From Cenococcum geophilum (Eukaryota), in contig CP158636.1 in the NCBI GenBank assembly GCA_050273025.1, forward strand, positions 12,214,001 to 12,278,000: a stretch of DNA of 64,000 nt. The letters run 5' to 3'. The notes beneath the pieces were generated by a model. The model did not search any database. It was not told the DNA's origin and was given only the letters and a program-made list of their open reading frames with translations. The position numbers and the translations under genes are program-made. Below, piece by piece: positions 51,100 to 60,261 of this stretch (its first letter is position 1; each line of letters opens with the position of its first letter).

Positions 51100-53689
51100 A
51101 ATTTAGAATAAGAACTCTATTTATTAAAGAGGGCTCTAAAAGCTCTCTTATATACACCAGGTAAGTAGTAAATAGAATAACAACGACGTTGTTAATGGAA
51201 ATAGGTAATAAGACGCTTAATAAGACATTTTGTCATAAGCTGAGAGACATCTAAGACATAGTTTGTATAGACAATCTAGGCCTACAGACAGTAGTAGATG
51301 GTGGTAAGGAACCTCGATTTAGGTCGACAACAGTACTATAACTGATCCTCGCTGCTCTGCCTGTAGCATTTTATCGACTACTACTGCCTCACCTGCAGTA
51401 ACAACTATAACTGTATATAAGGTAGACAAGTACTAGAGAATAACGCCTAAGGGTAGGCTTTTTCAAAGGGGGGGGGGGTAATATGACGGCGCTAGAGCGC
51501 GTCACCTAGTCAGGGGTTCGCTTAAGACTTGGTATATGTATATAGACGTGGCCACACCACCTTTTCTTGCTCCTTAGCTTAATATCTTTGTAATATAGCA
51601 TTCGTTCGCTTCATCTTGCAAGCATTTATTTAAGTATCTGTCGAGACATTTATTCGATAGTTTAAGCCGTTATAGTCTGGCTCTATTTATAATATATTAG
51701 ATATTTATAAAAGAGTTTAATAGCGATTAGCTTACTCTTACAACTAAATAAAGAAGAAGTATAGTATGCAGCACTCTATTACTATATTTAGTATAGGCGA
51801 CTTAGTCCTTTTTCTAATTCCTAAAAAGCTTTAAAAGGCTATTAAAATCTCTTAGATACCTGGCTGTATCTATAAGATTTAAAATTAAGGCTACTATAAG
51901 ATTTATACTTAATATAGAATTATAAAAGAGCCCTTCCTTAGCAGCAAGCTTATTAAACTAGGAGAGACCTATAAGGCTTAAATTCCTATAAGCGTTAGTA
52001 AGATTATACCACTTTTAAAAGTAGTAAAAGCTTATCTAACTACTATACAGCCTATTAGCTATACGTATAAATAAGGATACAATAATTACTAATATAGTTA
52101 TTAAAAAGGAAATATAGAGTATTCTATATACTGCTATAGAGGGAAGCCCTATATAAATTAACTAATAGAGGGTTCTATAGAGCCTCCTATAAAAAGCTAT
52201 AGAAGGCTTACTAGTACTTAGCTTAGCCCTTAATTAAAGCGAGTTTAATAGGAGACCTTATTATAAAGCCCTATACTACCTTAATTAATAATAGAAAATT
52301 AAGAAGGTAATTAATTAAGCCCACTATAAAGGCTGTGTAAGGTAAAGAAAAGGAAGATTATAAAACAAGCAAGGTTAGCGCAATTAGGAGAAATCTAAAT
52401 TATAATTATACTAAACCTAAATAGGTAATTAGTCTATAGCTAGTAGAACCTCAGAAGGCCCAGTTTTTAATAGATCTTAGTAAGATTAGAGCTTTATAAG
52501 ATTTTTAATTTTTAGTATTAAGGAACGTAATTAATTACCCCTTACCTAATTGGCTTCCACTACTTATAGGCTATATCTATAATACGGAAAAGCCTTTTAA
52601 TATACTTATTAATCGCAGCGTAATCTAGTTTAGATAAAATTTAATAATATTATAGTGGTTAGGGGGGTAGTAAAATTTAATCTCTAGAGCCTTTTAAAAT
52701 CTTATTAAAAAATCAAGATCTTATATTTTTATTCTAAATATGCTCTACTAAATAATCAATTATAATATTAAGGATATATTATTACTTATTTTGCGCCTAA
52801 ATTTAATAAGATTATATATTAATCATTATTTATAACCATTAACTGCACTATACTTTCTAAATTAACTCGTAAAAATGGCCAAAATTTACTAAAAAGCTTT
52901 ATTAAATGGCTTTATATAGCTTTAAAAGTTCAATATAATATTAAATCTTTTCTGGAATAACGCAATTAATCTAGAATGAAGACGCTTAAAGCGATACACG
53001 ATTTGTTCCTCTTTAAAGACAATTTATTCCGGTATAAAGCAGAAATAATCCGGAACGAGGCGTGTGCCGGTATGGGGCAGAACAATAGTCTTTTAAAAAC
53101 CTAAGGCTCCTAGAAGAATTAGTTTCCTAGGAGCCGAGTGCTAGTAATGGCGGCCTGCAAAAATTATGCGGCTAAAGAAATATGCTGCTTATAGAAAGTG
53201 TGCGGCCGCGCCTATAAAATCGGCTTCCGCCCTACACGCTCTAGGAATTCTCGCCGCACGGTCTTCCTATCCCTTAACCCGTTGAAATTGGTCCTCATGT
53301 TATCGATAAGAGTCTACCAATCGGATTAGCTTAATTTAATGCCCGTGTACTCCCGATTCCGGTGTTCGCGCACAGACCACTTTCTCCGAGGGCCTCGACG
53401 GGGTAAGGGATAGCTCTTGGCTTTTGTCTATGCCGTACCCGGGATAGCTTCTAATGCCCTGCATTTAAGGCCCTTCCTAGATCTACTCTACGTTAAAACT
53501 TACAGTATTATATCTCTTTAAGCTGCGCCGCCACCGGAATTATCGCCAGTTCTTCATCCACGTATGCACGTATGCATATTCTATTATAGCCATGCACCAT
53601 CTAGGATATAGGCCGTTACGGAGCGCTAGCTGAATACTTCCTGCCATCAACATGCTTGCTCCAGTTCAGAAGCAAAATATGAGAACTAT

Positions 53690-54040
53690 ATATCTATTCC
53701 TCAACACCATGCTTAACCGAATAAAGGAAAGTGATACGTTACTATTAGAAGAAAGTCGGAGTTTAGAGACGAGCCCAAGTACATAGTTTTCGACGCCTCG
53801 TGTCCGCAGGGCTGTTCCAGCGTCGTGCGCTTCTTAATCGGCGACGCACTAGCGGAGGCACGTGAGGTGGAGGTTCGCTGTGTAGTCGGCTAGGAGGTGT
53901 ATGTAGGAGGGGGATCCTTAGGAGTATTCGCTCATTGAGATCGGTTTGTGTGCTTGCTGTATTTTGTTCGCTTGGGTGTAAACGTCCTGTCTCCTTTATA
54001 AAGTGGATCGTAGCTTTAACCGCTCTAATGTCTAGGAAAC
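53690..54040 (-). mobile_element. 3'-terminal fragment of a Tad1-like LINE
   Basis: AVKATIHFIKETGRL resembles fungal LINE ORF2 C-termini and is followed by UTR-like sequence. Boundaries are approximate and no TSD was found. Confidence 0.45.
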
Positions 54041-54245
54041 GCCACGAGATTTGTAAGAGCGTGCCACTACAGCAAATATTCATTAGGAAGTACTGTTGAC
54101 TGGCTGCTATTCTAAGGTCGAGGTAGAGGTTGGGGTCGAAGATTGGCTAGTGCCAAGCCTTGTGAGGCATTTCGCCGATGAACATCCCAACTTGGCTCTT
54201 GCAATACTCAGTTACCAAAGCCCGGCCAAAATACTGGCATCAGCT

Positions 54246-54957
54246 ATGCAAGCACCCTCGCCACCACGGTATCACCCAAACGGAATCATTTGTCATCGAG
54301 TCGCAAAACGCTCAAGATATGCCAAAGTGTAACTAGACGATCGCTTGCACCCCTATAAACTTGCCAAACTGATCATGCTTTAGATGGTACCGGAACCAGG
54401 AGAGTTCTCCCTTCCTACGACTGCCCGCCGAGATCCGTTGCATGATTTACGAGTATCTGCTCGGAGGCAAGACAATCTATGTTAAATCTAGGCCGAAGGG
54501 CGATATGACATTATCCAGGAAGGGTTTTCAATGTGTCGTTTATCGCCAGGGTGTTAACCCATACGACGCAGAATTACAATGCGAAAAAAAGCGACCGCCT
54601 TTTGAAAAAGGCATAACGCTCCTCAACACCGTATGCCGCCAGCTCTACAAGGAGACCGCTCTCCTGCCTTATAAACGTAACACTTGGGCCTTTGTGTATC
54701 GTCGCGTTTTTTTGGATTTCGCTGGGCCGCGGGGGCCGCTTCCACCTCCACACCGAAAGTCTCTCAGGTCATTATTTCTACTGAAATTACCAGCGAAGCC
54801 TAAACTCAAACCCCTCATTGGCGTGAAGACAATATGGCTGGATGATGGGCACTGGGTTGAAAAGTACGACGTTGAGACCGGCCAAAGCACGCATCGCACG
54901 GAGAAGACGGCGGAAGAAGTTAAGAGGTTGCCAGACAGGCGGCATCGATCTTGGTAA
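54246..54957 (+). CDS. F-box-like / DUF7730-type fungal hypothetical protein (exons 54246-54328, 54384-54957)
   Basis: Intron 54329-54383 (GTAACT..CTGAT..TAG). Product: MQAPSPPRYHPNG..YAKV/WYRNQESSPFLRLPAEIRCMIYEYLLGG..LLNTVCRQLYKETALLPYKRNTWAF. Confidence 0.8.
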
Positions 54958-55399
54958 ATCAAAAGAAACTGGCAGATATTTGCGTAAGGAACGTTTTATA
55001 GGGCAGTTGCCGCTACTGGAGAGCGTATGGAGTGGTGTCGTGGGCGCCAAGAAGCTGCGAGCACAGCCTCCAGTCACGACCAGAGATCTCTGGAGAGGAT
55101 GGTCCAGAAGCCAGGCTCTCGCATGTGCCCACTACGGGGATCAACAGGGCACTCACAAGTAGCCAGGCACACCCCATAATCGGCACGTAATAGCCCTGAA
55201 ATCAGGAAACGGACATGATATCCTGAGGGTCCTGGTAACTACCGCCGCATCCCCCTCTCACAGTCCAGCTTATGGACAAAGAATCGGTGCCATTGCCTAC
55301 TGCTTTCTTCAAGCATATCCATCTCGGAAGGGAAGTAGATTTTGTAAGTGACTATATCGTTAGTCCGACTAACTTTTCTGACAGTATTAGAATAATAAC

Positions 55400-56270
55400 A
55401 ACTAAGCCAACCCTCTCCCTAGCGTATTAACGACACGAACCATGGCCGCCATACTCTCTCTGCTCAATCCATTAGCTAGTGAAAAACCGCCACGACCTTC
55501 ATGCATCGAAGCAAGACCTCGTGTTCCCAACGTCGATATGCTCCCTCACTATCATTTTCTCCCGTCTTTCGTGACAATCAATAAGTGCCAATCGTGTCCT
55601 TGTGCAATTAGGACCGGAGGTGTTGGTGGTTGCAACGGCAGTCGCTCTCTCGAGTCCCACACTGTTTATTCCTCTAGAGCAATCTGAGCCGCTCTAACCA
55701 CGCATTAGACCATACGGCAATCTGAGGCTTGCCATCTGTCCATGATTTCATCGGCCCTTTAGTTTCAATGTTGATGGCGATGGGTTTGTGGCGGAGTCTT
55801 ATTATAATTCCAAGACTTGGATGGTGCCCCTGATAATGGAAGAAGGGTGCGCCAGGCGTGAGTGATGGCGGCATCAGGGTTAAGGGCAATGACGTAATCG
55901 ACGATGCGTCCTAGAAGACGGGAGCGCGCAAGGGATGGGGGTTCAATCCTCGCGGACTTACTTAAGCCAAGGTTAGCATGGGACATATTTTAGGCTTTAG
56001 ATGCAATACTTACACGTTATGCATATCAAGAGTCCTTCTACGTGCGGACGTTTTGTGTGCGAGTTGAAGGAGCTGCAGATGGACTTCGGTATTCCAATCG
56101 TCCTCTGATGCACCTCCGCCACGATCTTTCTTCCGTGCTATATTCACAATTTCTTCGACTTCGGAAATTAAGGGCGTTGTTCCATTTACTACGATGTTGT
56201 GATTTATTCGCCCAGGAATATTGGAGATGCCTCTTGTCCAACTGCGTAAGCTGGACATGGCTTTCCATGA
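55400..56270 (-). pseudogene. PD-(D/E)XK nuclease-like fungal family pseudogene, 5'-truncated
   Basis: Motifs SEDDWNTEVH, intron 56013-55961, RIVDYVIAL, RHKPIAINIETK..QIAVW, PVLIAQGHDWHLL, VGNTRS. Contains frameshifts and stops. Confidence 0.8.
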
Positions 56271-57400
56271 GCGCAGCAACCCCACCACCGCTGTTATCAT
56301 CATATCCGAAGCGTTCCATGGTTGACTTGCTCACTTTTCCGCTGTCCCTGTCCATATCTAGAGGCACTTCAACCCAGTCCGCTTTGACTGCATACCACTT
56401 GGGTCCGATGAGCCTAGCTCTGGGGATGCGTGGGTCGAGCAACTGACTGGTCGTCTGTCGGAACGCGGCTTCCCTGTCCTTATCCACCAAGAACTTGATA
56501 ACACTCGTGCTGTCGTTCGCTCGCCAAACCCGGAAGTCCTTTGGTATATCCCCGGCGAGCCTCTCCACATCCCTCATACCTTGTGTGACGGTTTGTTTTG
56601 CCACCTCGGTGGTAGCTGCCTTCTCTGCCACCCCTTCTTCTACTCGGTTGACATCGATAACCAGTTGGCGGTTATAGTCCTTATCTAGCTTCCCGCCGCT
56701 CGTTATTCGTAAGAGAGTCGTTCCTAATCCTGCCGCACCTCCGCTAGCCGCTATCGCCGTCCGTAATTATATTAATAGGGATTTTGTCAATAGGGGAGAT
56801 ACCGAAAGGATATCGAGCTGCGCTCGGAGGGGACCGATTACCTCGTGGAGTTCGGCGTTTTAGTTCTTAAGGTATTACTATCCGGATTTAATCTCCTAAA
56901 GGTCGTTTTAATGATGTTGGACCGTGCGCGAACACCAGAATCAAAAATACGCGTATGGTCACGGAGCCCTGATCCCATTGACTCTATTGGCTAGCTCTTA
57001 TCGATACCCGTAGGACTAAATCTACCAGTCCAAAGGGATAATCTCTCTCAGGCTCGCGATAAGCTCCGCGACTTCTCTAGCTAGGTGCTTCCTCGCTCGC
57101 GTTCCGGGGAGCGGCGACACGTGCAGTGGGGAATGGCGGTAATTCATTCTGCGTGAGTTGCGATGCGATTGATAGTAATTCGTTCTGCGTTGACTGCGAT
57201 GCGGTTGATGGTGGTTCGTTCTGCGTCAATTGCAATGCGGTTATTCCGGCTTTGTTCTGCGCTAACCGTGTTGCTGTTCGTGTTCTAAGCGACTGCTGGG
57301 CCTCTAGTGCTTTCGCGCCCGGTTCCCTTGTGCGTCCTCTTGGTAGAGCTGCGGGCTGGACTAGGATTGGTGTTTCTGATACGGAGGTGCCTTTCAAAAG
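56270..57400 (-). mobile_element. Tad1-like LINE ORF1 (gag-like) relic
   Basis: ARLIGPKWYAVKADWV resembles fungal LINE ORF1. The N-terminal part has three 33-bp repeats (xTQNE, 57140-57240). Interrupted by stops. Confidence 0.55.
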
Positions 57401-57630
57401 TATTTGCCGCCAAGAAATTGACCGCCTTAGCTCACCGCCTTCTAAATCTAGATATTGTCCTCTCCCGCTTTAGATGCTTTAAGCGTCTTGGTTCCTCTAA
57501 TAGCACCCTCCCTATACTCATTACCTCTTTCAAGCTCAATAGCCTTCTGGATATGCCTAACAATCCGCTTAATCCGAGCCTAAATCCTCTACTGCTTAAG
57601 ATCTATCGATACCACCCGCCATTCCTTCCT

Positions 57631-57839
57631 TGTAACCTCCTGTCGATCGTTGAGGTCACTGTCAGGTACCACCTTATGACTCACCACCCCGTTTCTTACT
57701 ATCTTTGACTCGGTCATCGATTCGGTCATCGACACGGTCATTGACACGGTCACCGACCCAGTCACCGACTTAGTCTGCTACCCCATCCTTATGTATATAG
57801 AGAGCTTCTAGAGCCAGCTTCAATCGATAGAGTTCTTAT
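57631..57839. mobile_element. LTR fragment related to solo LTR 45093, interrupted on the right; contains about six 12-bp repeats (57707-57775)
   Basis: Starts TGTAACC. Shares CACC.TA.GACTCAC.ACCC(C)GTTTCTT and TGTATATAG blocks with 45093-45409. Confidence 0.6.
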
Positions 57840-59011
57840 GAGTGACTTGTCTGTGCGACACCTCCCTATGCTGCGGCACTCCCTTATGCGTAATAACCTC
57901 CTTATATACAGCCAGCAAGGCTTAATTATATTTAAATTAGGAGAGTTGCTATACTAAAGAAGATGTTAAATATTCCATACGTTATATATAATTAATTAAT
58001 ATTAATAGGCGTAAGCTAGAGCCTTGTTTAAGAGCCATAATTTAAGCCTTTATAGCTGAATTATAGCCACCTATAGAACGTTTAGCGAGATCTTTTAGTA
58101 GCTAATTAGAATATCAAAAGGAGCCTGGAAGCTGCGGAATTAAGCTGCTAAAAACAAACTTGGTAAAACGCTTGATGATATAGCAGAATTCTACCGGCAG
58201 AATGTTTTTCTTTATCTTAGTAAGCGACTCAAACGGCAAGGGGCAGAACTTAAGGCGCACTCACTAACACTAAAATATCACTAGTCTTCGCCTAAGAAAA
58301 CGCTACTATTTTTTAACCAATTAGCTATCTACCAACCTTAAGTTTGCCCTTCCGTCTAAGGGCCTTTAGTGCGGAACTCTATAGCGCTTGACTTTAATTT
58401 TCGCAATTTTATATAAGAGATACTTCCTCCTATATATTTAACAACCTAATAATACCTTTTTAACCTAATAAGCTAATAAGTTAAGTTAGACCAGTCTCCT
58501 CTATAATTAATTACTTTTTTATAATAGGAATACTACTTCCTTATAAGTTACGCGCTTCTAGTATCTTAGTAAATATTAACGCGTTTTTATCTCCACTCTC
58601 TAATATTAACACTATTTCCCCCTTAATACTATCCTTTATATCTCCGTCACCTTAAAGGTAAGTAACTATACTTCTTACTAGTTACTAAAAGCAAATTAGG
58701 AAACGGTAAAGCCCTTTTTTTTAGCGTTAAAAGCTATAGGCGATATAAATACTATAGTAATAGGACAACTTTAATATTAAGTAATTCCTTAAGGTATAGG
58801 TTATAGAGGGTATTAGTTATAGATTAGGTGGCCTCTATACCAACTAGCAGCTTTTATTATTATATCCTACTTTAGAATAAGTGGAGGTTTATATAGCCCT
58901 TTAATTAACTAGTTATATATTAGTAGGAAATATTTCCTTAATAAAACTTATCTAAGAACTTAATGTACTGCTTAAGTAGCCATATTTTAATAAGTTTAAC
59001 TACTCTACTTC
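57840..59011. repeat. RIP-degraded repeat of unresolved class; other end not in the window
   Basis: Abrupt change to TpA-rich, CpA/TpG-poor sequence. No motif could be assigned. Confidence 0.5.
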
Positions 59012-60261
59012 TGTCAGAGGGCGAGTATAAGCGAAGATAATATATAACGAGTAGATATTATTAAGCTACGTATATAAACTGTGTAATAAAGTCAAGACGT
59101 TACGTAAGGAAAGAAGGTAGGAAAACGGGAAGAAAGGGTATATATCGTGGATTTAGTTGCTTGGTTAATATATACACGGAGTAGAATAGGATTTAGGTAG
59201 TGGTCCTAGTAGAACTTAGCAGGATTTAGTAAAACTTAGTGGAACTTAGTAGAATATAGCAGAATACGGCAGGTTGCTGTTAGATTGCCGCAGATTGCTA
59301 TTAAATTGCCGTCTTATAGTCAGTCTCTAGTTGCTAAGTCGATGGAAATAGGTGGACGTGTATAAGGTGTTATGGGGGTGTCCCATAATAGTACCCCCCC
59401 TTTAAACTCGAGCTTCTGCGAGATAGGGCTATAGTAGTTCTAGGTAGAGTTTATAAAAGTCTTCTGCGGCTTATATAAGTTCTATAGAGTTAACGGGTTC
59501 CCATAAGGGCTTAGTAAAGCCTCTCTATTTTATAAGATATATATATTAGCGTTTCCGTTTATTATACTTAATGTTATTAATTCTTTTAATAAAGTACTCG
59601 TTCTTACCGTCTACTTTAACTAGTAGGGGAGGGTCTTATATCTGTTTAGGTAAGGCGTCTAATATAGAAGTAGTAGGGTAGAGGACTGACGTATAGAATA
59701 TAGGGTGGATTTTAACCGTATTAGGGAGCTTTAGTCGGTAGGCGTAGAAGAAAACAACCTTCTCAACCTTATAAGGGCCAGCGTTCTTCTAATTAAGCTT
59801 CTTAACAGGTTATTTTATATTTAGATTTCTTATATTTAGCTAGACGAAGTTACTAATTTAGTAGGCCGGTACTAGGGTTTGTTTCTTATTCGCTATAGCT
59901 TTATAGATAAATTAAGCCTATATTATTTTATTAGTAAGGAACTATTATAGTTCCTCTATCTTCTCTATAAATTTATTTACTTCTATAACTTATAAGGCGT
60001 AATAAGTAGGGCGAGGAATATTACTAAAGGGTTTAAAACCTATTTATGGATGCTAGCTATAGTTAGCTAGGAATAGGGAGACCTTTATAGTTTTTAAGAC
60101 GGAATTATTTATAGTAAACTCGGCGAATATAAGCTAGTTAATCTAGTTATCTTATAAGTACGACATATATATCCGAATATACTGTTCTATTATAGTATTT
60201 ATATATTCCGTTTAACCATCCGTTTCTAGGTAGTATGCTATAAATAGTAGTGCTTTAATGC
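59012..60261 (-). mobile_element. 3' part of chromoviral Gypsy element C
   Basis: 3' LTR ~59012-59390, PPT ~59394-59403, chromodomain (IK*RGFTKPLWEP), integrase (YYLETDG*TE..IEQYIR). Interrupted at 60262. Confidence 0.85.

Larger units (their letters stand above)
29540..51329 (-). mobile_element. Ty1/Copia LTR retrotransposon, RIP-degraded, both LTRs interrupted
   Basis: TSD ACAGT. 5' LTR 50880-51329; 3' LTR 29540-29709 + 45989-46078. PBS-like GTTATAAGCCC. PPT at 46081. Domain order gag, PR (FILNLGTT), INT, RT (FFYINDI), RNase H (TVDGLIKAL) over ~50800-46200. Confidence 0.92.
28316..51674 (+). mobile_element. Non-autonomous LTR element (TRIM/LARD-like, about 1.56 kb without inserts)
   Basis: 193-bp LTRs 28316-28508 and 51482-51674. 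TSD GTCTG. G-rich PPT ~51465-51481. The internal parts (28509-29539 and 51335-51481) are short repeats with no gag/pol motif. Confidence 0.9.
25307..53084 (+). mobile_element. Ginger2/TDD-like DNA transposon with a retroviral-type integrase transposase, about 4.2 kb without nested inserts
   Basis: About 140-bp imperfect TIRs starting TGTTCTGCCCCATAC. 4-bp TSD GTAG/ATAG. Coding relic: HHCC-like region (LG*KKTY..LKHCRIY), intron 26486-26543, core GKYK*ILQIRDYFSKYCALYPLK..SNNGIEF..HP*L*GLIEQAN, and a C-terminal Cys-rich motif ~52060-52140. Confidence 0.85.

Noticed and set aside
57707..57775. Regular 12-bp repeats resembling a CRISPR-like array
   Set aside because: No spacers, eukaryotic context, and located inside an LTR fragment.
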